Source: Octopus vulgaris (Eukaryota). Taken from it: DNA of 64,000 bases. The notes under the pieces are model-generated. The model saw only the letters and a program-made list of their open reading frames with translations. It did not search any database and was not told where the DNA came from. The stretch covers positions 20,770,001-20,834,000 of the forward strand of contig OX597825.1 of assembly GCA_951406725.2 (NCBI GenBank), given 5' to 3'. Position numbers and translations under genes: made by a program. Below, piece after piece: positions 29,639 through 43,029 of the stretch. Position 1 is the stretch's first letter; each line of letters begins with the position of its first letter.

Positions 29639-31533
29639 GTGATGATGATGGTGGTGATGATGATGGTGGTAACAACCAAAATAACAACAATGACAATGAC
29701 GGTCATGATGATAATGATGATGATGATGACGATGATGATGATGATGATGACGATGATGATGATGATGGTGATGATAATGATGGTGATGATGACGATGATG
29801 GTAACAACCAAAATAACGACAATGACAATGATGGTCATGATGATGATGATGAGGATGATGACAAACTGTTAAATATATTGTGGAGTTCCTAGAGATGATT
29901 GTCGTAATTTTTTTATTCACCTTTCTGGTCCTCGCTTGCTCCAAAACACAATTGATAAAATATATGGAAGTTCCGTTCATCGACGTTTTGACTAACGACT
30001 CGAGACTTTAATAAAAAACAAAACAAAAAGAACATAAGGAAAACGGTAAATTCTTTGATGAAAGAAATACAGAAACAAAATAACAATGCAATTAAGTTAT
30101 TAAGGTGGAGGGGTCTAGTTGATTGCATCGACCCCGGAATTTCACTGGTACTTAAGCTATCGACTCCCGAAAGGATGTAAAGCAAAGTCGACCTCAGCGG
30201 AATTTGAACTCAGAACATAACAACGGGTGAAATACTGCTAAGTATTTTGCCCGGCATGCTAACATTTCTTATTTCTTTACTGCCCACAAGGGGCTACACA
30301 CAGAGGGGACAAACAAGGACAGACAAAGGGATTAAGTCGATTACATCTACCCCAGTGCATAACTGGTACTTAATTTATCCACCCCGAAAGGATGAAAAGC
30401 AAAGTCAACCTCGGCGGAATTTGAACTCAGAATGTAACAGCAGACGAAATACCTATTTCTTTACTACCCACAAGGGGCTAAACACAGAGTGGACAATCAA
30501 GGACAGACAAACGGATTAAGTCGATTATATCGACCCCAGTGCATAACTGGTACTTATTTAATCGACCCTGAAAGGATGAAAGGCAAAGTCAACCTCGGCA
30601 GAATTTGAACTCAGAATGTAACAGCAGACAAAATACCTATTTCTTTACTACCCACAAGGGGCTACACACAGAGAGGACAAACAAGGGCAGAAAAACAGAT
30701 TAAGTTGATTATATCGACGCCAGTGCATAACTGGTACTTATTTAATCGACCCCAAAAGGATGAAAGGCAAATTTGACCGTGGTGGAATTTGAACTCAGAA
30801 AGTAACTAACAGCAGACGAAATACCACTAAGCATTTTGCCCGGTGTGCTAACGATTCTGCCAGCTCGCTACCTTACGAGTGCACAAATGTTCTTTCCTAC
30901 TCTAGGCACAAGGCCTGAAATTTTGGGGGAGGGGACCAGTCAATTAGATTGATCCCAGTATGCAACTGGCACTTAATTTATTAACCCCAAAAGGATAAAA
31001 GGCAAAGTAGACCTCAGCAGAATTTCAACTCAGAACAGAGCAACAGGTGAAATACCACTAAGAATTTCACCTGGAGTGCTAACGACTCTGCCAGTTCACC
31101 GCCTTAACAACAACAATAATAATAAAGAAAAGAAACAAAAAAAGAGAAAGAAAGGTAACAAAACCAAGACAAAAAGAGAAGATCTAAATTGACAATAAGT
31201 AAAATAATACTTCTTACCTTCTCCAACAAGAAATTTGAGATTTTACCTCCCTCAGGTACACCACCTCGGCCAAATTGGATCTGGACATACTTGCCCTGAA
31301 AGAAATAATTGCAGTATTAATAGTGGTGGTGGTGGTGGTGGTGGTAGTTGTATTGGTGCTGGTGGTAGTATTCCAGGTGGTACTGATGTCATTGGTACTG
31401 GCATTAAGAGTAAGTGAAGGTGGTAGAGGGTGGTGGAAAGTGGTGGTGGTAGTTGTCGTCGCCGGGATGGCGTTAGTAGTAGTAGCAGCAGCAGCAGCAG
31501 CAGTAGCACTAGTAGTAGTAGTAGTAGTAGTAC

Positions 31534-31594
<61 letters not shown>

Positions 31595-31703
31595 TGTAGT
31601 AGTACACTACTTGCCTGACAGTAGTTCTGGTTTAAATTATTATGCAATGTCAAAGCGCAAGACAGTAGCACACAAATACAGACATATGGACACATAGATT
31701 TAT

Positions 31704-31734
<31 letters not shown>

Positions 31735-31758
31735 TAGAAAGATGAACAGACGGACAGG

Positions 31759-31854
<96 letters not shown>

Positions 31855-31895
31855 TAAATAGAGAGATAGACAGATATACAGATAGATAGATAGAC

Positions 31896-31946
<51 letters not shown>

Positions 31947-32019
31947 CAGACAACTATATAGACAGACAGACAGATAGATAGGCAGACAGATAGATAGAAG
32001 AGAAAGAAAGATAGACAGA

Positions 32020-32050
<31 letters not shown>

Positions 32051-32579
32051 GTATATAGACAGACAGACAGATATGTTTCTTTATTAGCCACACAGGGCTG
32101 CACACAGATAGAACAAATTACAAGGTAGAGCTTTTCTTTTGAAGGTTTAAGAAAGAAAAAAAAAAAAAAAAAAAAAAAGGAAGGGGGAGTTTCGATCAAA
32201 AGGGATCGTAAAAGGAGAGAAAGAGGACAAAAAAAAGGGGGGTTTAAAAAAAAAAGGGGGGGAAAATTGATCAATAGGGATCGTTATCACAGAAATGTCA
32301 ATATGAAGTGTAAAGGGGAGGACAGGTGAGGTTAACCACGGTCAATGATTTTTGCAAATAAGCAACTCTCTGTTTTCGATTTCTAGGTTCATAGGACTAT
32401 GCTCAAGGTGGCTTCGTCATTCATACGTGCCATTCTTGCTACATTTAGATAGATTGCCTCTCTCTCTCACTTTCTTTTCAAGATAGATAGATAGACAAAC
32501 AGACAGCTATATAGACAGACAGACAGATAGATAAGCAGACAGATAGATAGAAGAGAAAGAAAGATAGCCAGATAGATAT

Positions 32580-32632
<53 letters not shown>

Positions 32633-32784
32633 GAGAATGAGAGACAAACAATAGAAAGACAAACAGGCGACACACAGGTAGATAGATAGACAGACGGACG
32701 GACTGACAGGTGGGTAGGTAGATAGGTAGGTAGGTGGGTAGGTAGATAGATAGATGGATGGGGGTAGTTAGGTAGGTGGGTAGG

Positions 32785-32821
<37 letters not shown>

Positions 32822-35800
32822 GCATATATATATATATACACAACAGGCTATTTTCAGTGTTCTTATAACAAAGAAGACGCTTGCCTAAGTAACCATGCAG
32901 TGGGACTGAACCCAAAACCATGCGACTGGGAAGCAAACTTCTTACCACACAGCCACGCCTGCACTTACAGTTAGAATATAATGATATCTATTGTGTGGTT
33001 AATCAGTTATCGGATCAATCCGGATTGTGTAGTTGAGTAGTTGGCATCCCAAGCACATGGTTCCAGGTTCAGTCCCACTGCATGGCACCTTGGACAAGTG
33101 CCTTTTACTATAGCCCTAGGCCAACCTAGGCCATGTGACAGGATTTGGAAGACAGAAACTGTTGAAAGCTCATTATATACACGTATATATATATATATGT
33201 GTACATATACATATATATATATATATATATATACATATAAATAGATGAGTGTATTTTACCTTGTTAACAATTAACACGGATAACTGAATGAATAGTTACC
33301 AGGGCAGCAAAAATCTCACAAGTAAAGATGTTGTAACGCAAAAATACTTGTTTAAACCTGCGTTAACTCCATTTTTTATTTATATATACATATATATATA
33401 TATATATAAAAGGTAAAGACCCCCTTTGATCTTGAACCTAGAAAGTTCTCCTCCAAGGCACAAGTCTGGGCAAAGTTGTTTATGGAAGACCAGCAGTCAC
33501 CTATGCATACCAGCCTCCTCTCCTCTCCACATCCCTAATGTTATCCAAGGAAAAGCAATGGTCAAAACAGTTTGGCACCAGTGACATAGCAACTCATTTC
33601 CACAGTTGAGTGAACTGGAGCAACATGAAATAAAGTGTCTTGCTCAAGAACACAACACAGCCTGGTCCAAGAATTGAACTCACTACCTCATAATTGTGAG
33701 CCCAATGCTTTAACCACTGAGCCATGCACCTTCATCCTTCTTCAAAATGTGTGTGTATGTGTGTGTGCATGTGTATATAGCAATGACGATGAGCTTCTGT
33801 GCAGTTTCTGTTGACCAAATTCCACTCACAAGACAATTCTTTAACCACATGATCATACCATGAATCTAAGACAGAAATACTTACAAATCTACTGGAATTG
33901 TTGTTTCGTACAGTCTTAGCATTACCAAATGATTCCAGCAATGGATTTGATTCCAAAATTATTTCTTTCACCTTCTGCAAAGAGAATAGACATGCATGAA
34001 TAGGAATGAAAAAGAAAATAACATAATTTACTGAATTCTAAGAAACAATAAGAACTCGCAGACAACCCTGATTGCCATCCTATGGTAAATTATTTTGTCA
34101 GTAGAATGGCTCAGAGTAATCCACAGATAGCTTCGGATGTGTAGAAGGCGGCGAGTTGGCAGAAACGTTAGCACGCTGGGCGTAATGCTCAGCAGCATTT
34201 CGTCTGTCGCTACGTTCTGAGTTCAAATTCCGTCAAGATCGACTTTGACTTTCATCCTTTCGGGGTCGATAAATTAAGTACCAGTTACGCACTGGGGTTG
34301 ATATAATCGACTTATTTCATTTGTCTGTCCTTGTTTATCCCCTCTGTGTGTAGCCCCTTGTGGGCAGTAAAGAAATAGGTATTTCTTCTGCCATTACGTT
34401 CTGAGTTCAAATTCTGCCAAGGTCGACTTTGCCTTTTATCCTTTCGGGGTCGATTAAATAAGTACCAGTTACACACTGAGGTTGATATAATCATCTTAAT
34501 CCTTTTGTCTGTCCTTGTTTGTCCCCTCTGTGTGTAGCCCCTTGTGGGCAGTAAAGAAATAGGTATTTCTTCTGCCGTTACGTTCTGCGTTCAAATTCTG
34601 CCGAGGTCGACTTTGCATTTCATCCTTTCGGAATCGATAAATTAAGTACCAGTTATGCACTGGGGTCGATGTAATCAACTTAATCCATTTGTATGTCCTT
34701 GTTTGTCCCCTCTATGTTTAGCCCCTTACGAGCAATAAAGAAATAAGATAGCTTCAGATGTGTCGTAACTCTATCACATTGAGTACCATACGAAACATCC
34801 TGACATGTAGTAGTGGCAGTGGCAGTGGTGGTGGTTGTGGTGGTTGTGGTGGTGGTGGCAGTTGTGGTGTTGTAGTTGCTGAATAGTTGTTTGTATTGTT
34901 GTTGTTCTTATCTAATTACACAGACCTCAAGTGACATCCGCATTCATTTCCATCACACAATGCATCTAACTACATTAAGCTGAACCTTGAGATAAGAATG
35001 CCGGATCCTATACTGCTATAGATCTTTCCTGCAATCTGAACTGGTCCCAATGCAGCAAATGGATTGCCAAATGTCAACCCAACTAGGTTGCAGACAAGTA
35101 CAACGCTACACATTTAGGGAGGAAAATCTCAGAATTTCGCTCTGTCCTCCACAATACCAAACATAAGACATCTGCTGGTGAATGTGGTATAGACATTATT
35201 GTCAACAATGATCTGCATCATGAATGATACATTTTTACATTATTTACATTCACCGGATATTTGTCCTCATCTTGTTTGTTGCTAACACAATGTTTTGGCT
35301 GATATACCCTCCAGCTTTCTTCACGTGTCTTGGGGAAATTTCAAAACTGGGTTCTCATTCCTAAGGTATTTTTCGATGTTATTATTATTATTATTATTGT
35401 TCAGGTCACTGCTTGGAATCGAACTTGGAATCTTGGGGTTAGTAGACCACGCTTTTAACCACTATGCCATATGCCCATGGACATATGTATATAGTAAGTA
35501 TATAGTATATTTCAGTAAGACTCTTGTCAGCCACTCACCAGCTATCTATTTAAAGCTATATATTGCTATGGCACCTCCACACATACTGCCTGCATCTCCA
35601 GTCTGGGACCCCCATCTTGTCTAGAATATCAATCTACTGGAAGCTGTCCAGAAATGTGAAACCAGACAAATATCATCCACCGGTCACCATATCTTGAATA
35701 TCTTTTTTTCAATGGACATCAAACACACTGAATCTTCATTGTCTAGCAGCTGATTTGTTAGATGGCCACAATTGTCCACCATCTTTCCAATAACTTTGAC

Positions 35801-38800
35801 CACTATTTTGAAGCCATCATCTCTACAACTCTTGGATATGCTTATGAATTAAAAAAAAAAAGACAACACAGCATCGTTGACTTTCAAAAACAGATTTTTA
35901 TGCTCAGAATAGAATTGTCAGACCATGGCATAAACTATCCTACATCCATTGTTAACTATCAAAACACTGCCTCCTTCAAAAATTCCATACTTTCCAAAAT
36001 TCCTCAACACTATTCCTGATAAGCCAATGTACCCTTTCCTTTTTATGGTTCTTTTACTCTTCACTTGTCTGTCTTCTTGTGTTTTTATCTTGTATACTAT
36101 GCATCTACTTTTGGCTATCTTTGCTGAGATACTTTCTTTAACTTATTGTTGCTTTCTGTCCTCTCTCTAAACCCTTTTCCAGTGAGTTGAATACACCTAA
36201 GCATTAAATACAGTATTTCTTATTATTATTTGTCTTGTTTAAGACACCAACTTCGATGGAGAATGTAACCAGTGGACTAAGGTAACATTTTTCACTCAGA
36301 TTTCAAGAACTCTGCAGCGGATTCATGCAGCTCCAAGCAATGCTGTTTCCTATAGATTCTAACAATATCCCTAGCATGGATCTTTCCATGGTTCTTTGTG
36401 CTGTAACCAATCACTTTTCTATCCTCTTCATAGCAGCCCATGTTTCCCTTGCACAGGCAGGACAGTGCTATTGTTGTTGTTAAGCAACAAGACAGGTAAG
36501 GGTGATTAGGTGATGGTCTAGGACTTAGGGGCAGGAGACACCAGACCTTGGAATAAAAAAAACTTTGGTCATCTTGTTGTAGTCAAGGGCTCTTCATTGA
36601 CACCCAACACCACTGGGAAGTGGCCCTTGAAGTCGCTGGAAATGGAGATCTCCAGGTCCAAATTCTTGAACGGCGGACGGTGCTATTGAAGAGTCTGGCA
36701 CATGTGGCATTGTCCAGCTTTGTTGAGAGTACATCTTTTATTGAATTAAATACCATCCATCTTGCCCTCATTCTTTTTTAGATTGTAGCATCCATATCTC
36801 AGCACATATTCATTGTGAGCCCTAGGTAGACATACTCCTTTACCTTCTTATTTTCATCGCTTTCTACCTCTATTCGGCCTTGTACTGTTCTCTTCCGACT
36901 TCATATATTTTGTTTTCATCGATATACTGTTGGAATAAAAGGCAAGATGATCATGGCTGGATTGCCTTTAATCAAAGAACTATTCAATCAGGATTGGTTT
37001 GGGGCTGATGACCAATCATGACAACAACAACAACAACAACAACTTCTACACATTACTTATTTTTAGCCAAATGAATTGGCATTAGGAAGGACATCTGCTT
37101 GGCGTTAGGAAGGGCATCCAGCCGTAGAAACATTGCCAGATCAAACTGGGCCTGGTGCAGCCTTCTGGCTTCCCAGACCCCAGTTGAACCGTCCAACCCA
37201 TGCTAGCATGGAAAGCGGACGCTAAACGAAGATGATGATGATGATGATGATGATGAACTGAATCAGAGAGAGTGAGTTAAGTATGTTTGACCATGATGGC
37301 AGACACATAACACTTAATCAGAGCCAGGTGAAAAACGAACTTATAAGCTTACCTCTACAGCTGCACTTCCTCCAGACACTTTGACAATATAATTCATGAT
37401 AAGTTTTGCAGCAACTGTCTTTCCAGCACCACTTTCCCCACTGTCAATGAAAGGACAAAAAAAAAACATTTTAGAATTAGTTAAAAGAATTTAGAATTAC
37501 GGAGATGTATTTGCATAGCAAGTGATTTGATCTGAGATCGTGTGCTGGAACGAAAACAATTGCAGCGTGGAAGGTGTTTGTAAGCCATTTAAGAAACACA
37601 CAAAAGCTGTTCGATTCACTTCAACATTTAAGTTTAATTCGTCAAAATATTTTCGTCGCTTTGAGACCGTGACCTGTTCACTGACAAAAATCCGTGATGC
37701 AAATCCGAGATGCAGCACGGATTTTTGTCAGTGAACAGGTCGCGGTCTCAAAGCGACGAAAATATTTTGACAAATTAAACTTAAATGTTGAAGTGAATTG
37801 AACGGCTTTTTTGTGTGTTTCTTAAATGGCTTACAAACTCCTTCCACAATTTAGAATTAGGAAAAAGAAAAATGAAAAAGAGAGAGCTGAAATGCAAAAT
37901 AGGAATATATATATGTGTCTGTCTCAAGAAATGCAATCAATGATTCCTGTAAAATGGTTTTACCGAAAATCAAGCTCAAGTTTGTGTCACAGTTAACTGA
38001 TAACTAGAAAAGGAAAAGGAAAACAATCATTATGTTTTATAATACATCTATCTTTGTTTACCATTGGTGTTTGGTTCCCAAAAGACCACCAAGTTGAATG
38101 AATCGGTGATAAGGGAATGACAGAGCACAAGGGGAAAAGAAGCATCTTTATGGATAAGTGTACATAAATCTGTATAAAAATATGAAGTCTTGCAGCATGG
38201 TGATGTAGACAAGAGTGGTAAGTAATGCATTCTGGGTAGCTGAACATAGTGGCTGGTCAATAGGGTATGCTTTTGCAGTCCAAGCAGAATCTTTGACTGA
38301 TTGCTAACCCATAAGCCTTACATGGTTCACAATTGAGAGCACCAATATCTCAGTTCAGTGATGAATGAATCTTTGATAAATGAGGATAGATGTGCTGGTT
38401 TCTATGAAGGGCACAAGACCTAAATCTTGTTGGGTAAAGGATATGGGCCAATGATATTATGCACTTGTTAAATACTGGGGTCAATGTATTTAACAAGTGC
38501 ATAATATCATTGGCCCTGCAATGATGAAAGGCATAGTTGACCATAGAAAATTTTGGCCTCGTAAGGTAAAGATATATAAGCAAGCAAGAATGGGTGGATG
38601 GTTAAAAAGTTTGTTTTGTAACCAGATGTTCAGTCATACTGCAGGACATCTTGGGCAAAAGTCTTCTATTTCCTGCATTTGGCTGACCAGATGACCAATG
38701 CTTCTTGACCAATGAGTAAGATTGGTAGAGCTAAAATATGCAGAAAGCTATCAGGTTTGTGTGTGTATGAGTGAATGTGAGTGTGTATGTGTGAGTGTGT

Positions 38801-40205
38801 GAATGAGTGAGTGCATGTGTGTGTGTATGTGTGTGTGTGTGTGTGTGTCCATATACATATGTTTGTATGTGTGTGTTTATGTCACGTACTTAACGGTTTA
38901 GCAATAGATACCGACAGAACAATGACTGGGGTTGATTTCTTCGACTGCCATGCCTGTGCCTATATGTATATATATGCCTGTGCCTATATGTATATATATA
39001 TATATGAGTGTGTGTGCGTGTGTGTTTGTTTGTGTGTGTGTGTGTTTCTGTGTACTTGCTCACACATGCAATCAGCTGCACAAAATGCTGCAGTTGATGT
39101 TGTCATTTTCAATTGAAAACAGCAATAACTTATTACCTTGAAAGCCATGTAGAATGAGTAATCCCTTATTTAAAAAAATACAAACTAGGGATGAGTTCAT
39201 GTCAAGAAGGGCATAAATCTATCCTTAAAACAATTCCTCAAATAGAATTCCCTACAACACAAGCAAACATAGAAAAAAAAAACATAATTAAATGAACATC
39301 TCCTTCATGTTAGCATTTTAGAAAAAAAAAAAAAATGACTAATTTAAAGTGGGATTGAACCTGCGTACTTTCCAAGTGAAAGCAGCAATACAAACATACC
39401 TGATTATAACACACTGATTTTCTGATTCTATTAACATGTTTCTGTACATGTTATCTGTCAGGGCATATATATGTGGTGGATTTTCATAACTGGCCTACAA
39501 TATAGATTATATACACTCATATATTTATTTGCAATATATAATATATATATATATATACATTTTATATACATTTGTATATGTATGTGCATATAAATTCACA
39601 TACAGACAGATAAACAAAGTGTCAGACAAACAGAGGGAAAGAGGTTAATATACATTCACACACATACACACACACGCGCGTATTTTTTTTCTTTACTTGT
39701 TTCAATCATTTGACTACAGCCATGCTGGAGCACCGCCTTTAGTCGAACAAACCGACCCCAGGACTTATTCTTTGTAAGCCTAGTACTTATTCTATCAGTT
39801 TCTTTTGCCAATCCGCTAAGTTACGGGGACATAAACACACCAGCATCAGTTGTCAAGCGATGGTGGTGGTGGTGGTGGTGGTGGTGGGGGACAAACAAAG
39901 AAACACAAATGTATATATGTGGTGTAATGGTGAGCACTCTGAACTCCGAATCCAGCGATCTGAGTTCGACTCTCGGTAGAACCTTACTGACTTAGTCTAT
40001 AGGTGCAGGAGTGGCTGTGTGGTAAGTAGCTTGCTTACCAACCACATGGTTCCAGGTTCAGTCCCACTGCGTGGCACCTTGGGCAAGTGTCTTCTACTAT
40101 AGCCTTGGGCCAACCAAAGTGGATTTGGTCGACGGAAACTGAAAGAAGCTCATCGTATATATATGTATATGTATGTGTGGGTGTGTATGTATGTATATAA
40201 GTATG

Positions 40206-40263
<58 letters not shown>

Positions 40264-41154
40264 GCATGTGCCATCAGTAATTACTCAGGGTAGGCAGTTG
40301 GTGACATTTATGTAGTAAAACACACTAAAAGATAAGTGAAACACAGGTGTGCAACTGATTTCGAGGCAGAATTACTTCTGCCTTTACAGCGCATAAAGAA
40401 AACATTGTTGTAGGAATGTACGCGGCATGTGTACTACAGCAGTACTAATGCCAACTACTTCGAGAGTGTAGTGGATGTTTTTACATACCACCAGCACAGG
40501 TGTCACTGACCTGACACCGGCAATGGCCATGACTATGTTCTCGCTTGGCTTGGCAGGTCAACACAAGCAAAGTATATCGCCAAGGGTCTTGGTCACCTAT
40601 CAATGCCTGCATGAAGCCCAACACTCGAATGGTGCATTTTACATGCCACTGGCACGGATGCCAGTCAGGTGGCACTGGCTCAGCCACAACTACATTCTCA
40701 CTTGGTTCAACAGGACTTCCTTGTTAAATGAACTCTAATTCACTCGGATTTAATACAACATGTTGTTAGTGTTAGTAGGTTAAGGCTGTTGATATATATA
40801 CAGGTAAGGGTGATTAGGTGATGGTCTAGGGCTTAGGGGAGGGAGATCCCGTAAAATAGGGTAATAATAAATTGTGGCCTAGCACAAAAAACGAATTAGT
40901 CATTAGACTGTATATATACGCGTGTGTCTGTGTGTATACATACATATATATATATATTTATATATATATATAAATACAATAAGAGGCTTCCAAATAGGAA
41001 AGTGTTATGCTAGAAAGAGCAGCAGAAATCTCAACACCACAAAAAAGGATAAATTCACGAAAGGGAATGAAAATTTATCCTTTTTTGTGGTCTTGAGATT
41101 TCTACTGCTTTTTCTAGCACAACGCTTTCCTATTTGGAAGCCTCTTATTGTATT

Positions 41155-41201
<47 letters not shown>

Positions 41202-42761
41202 ACACACAGACACACACAGAAACACACATGTATATATACATATTATATAGGCTGTTAGGAAAAATCCAAGCTGTTTCCTCATAAAGCACATCTGCTTATT
41301 CTACTGTTACAATTCAATATGTATCCATAGTTACGGTTGTATTTTCTTTCATTCTTTTATTCTTTTATTTGATTCAGTCATTTGACTGCAGCCATGCTGG
41401 AGCACCGACTTTAGTCGAAGAAATCAACACCAGGACTTGTTCTGTCAGTGTCTTTTGCTGAACCGTTAAGTATGGGGACATAAACACACCAACATCGGTT
41501 GTCAACCAATGGTAGGGGGACAAACACAGACACACAAGCATATACATATATATATACTCTTTTACTCCCTTTTACTTCTTTCAGTCATTTGACTGTGGCC
41601 ATGCTGGAGCACCACCTTTAGTCGAGCAAATCAACCCCAGGACTTATTCTTTGTAAGCCCAGTACTTATTCTATCGGTCTCTTTTGTCAAACTGCTAAGT
41701 TACGGGGATGCAAACACACCAACATCGGTTGTCAATATATGTGTGTATATGTATGTGTGTCTGTGTTTGTCCCTCCAACATCACTTGACAACCGATGCTG
41801 GTGTGTTTACGTCCCCATAATTTAGCGGTTCGACAAAAGAGACCGATAGAATAAGTACTAGGCTTACAAAGAATAAGTCCTGGGGTCGATTTGCTCGACT
41901 AAAGGCAGTGCTCCAACATGGCCACAGTCAAATGACTGAAGCAAGTAAAAGAGTAAAAAAGAGTAAAGAGTTCAAATCCTCACATAGGAACAAATAGGAG
42001 AGACAGACAAACAGATACATAAGCAGACACACAGACAGACATCAGGTCACTGTCAAAGTGAGGTCAAACAAAAAACGCAAGAGAACATGAAATAATTTGC
42101 TTTTGATTCATTTTTTGTCTTTTACTTGTTTCAGTCATTAGACTGCGGCCATGCTGGGGCACCAACTTGAGGAATTTCAATCAAATGAATAGACTCCAGT
42201 ATTTCTTATTTTCAAGTCTGACACTTATTCTATTGGTTCCTTTTACCAGATCCCTAGGTTACAAGGACATAAACACACCAACACCAGTTGTCAAGCGGTG
42301 GTAGGGGACAAACACTGGCACATATATATATATATATAATGGGCTTCTTTCAGTTCCCGTCTGCCAAATCCACTCACTAGGCTTTGGTCTGCTCAAGGTG
42401 CCATGTTGTGAGACTGAACCCAGAACCCTGTGGTTGGGAAGCAAACTTCCTACCACACAACCATAGCTTCTAGAGCTCAAAGTAGATAAAGCTATAAATC
42501 AGGCATGAGCAACATTTTCGAGAATTGGGCCACATGAGACATGAGTCCTCATCAGGCAATCCACTCTACTAAAAGAGCCTGATGGTAATTTTTCATTTGG
42601 CATCTCATTCAGAAAGTCCCACTGGTTGCAAGATGCCCAGGACTGCTATAAGTAATAGTTTCAAATTTTAGCACAAGGCCAGCAATTTACATTGATTCCC
42701 CCTGCTTAGCACTCAGCAACTGGCACTTAAAATATAAACTGCTAACAGCAATATATAAACC

Positions 42762-42816
<55 letters not shown>

Positions 42817-42817
42817 G

Positions 42818-42875
<58 letters not shown>

Positions 42876-42889
42876 TGTATGTATGTATG

Positions 42890-42934
<45 letters not shown>

Positions 42935-42937
42935 TTG

Positions 42938-42980
<43 letters not shown>

Positions 42981-42981
42981 G

Positions 42982-43029
<48 letters not shown>

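Noticed and set aside
39920-39984. Functional recoding tRNA (Gln body, Arg anticodon)
   Set aside because: 5' acceptor strand absent and anticodon stem mismatched
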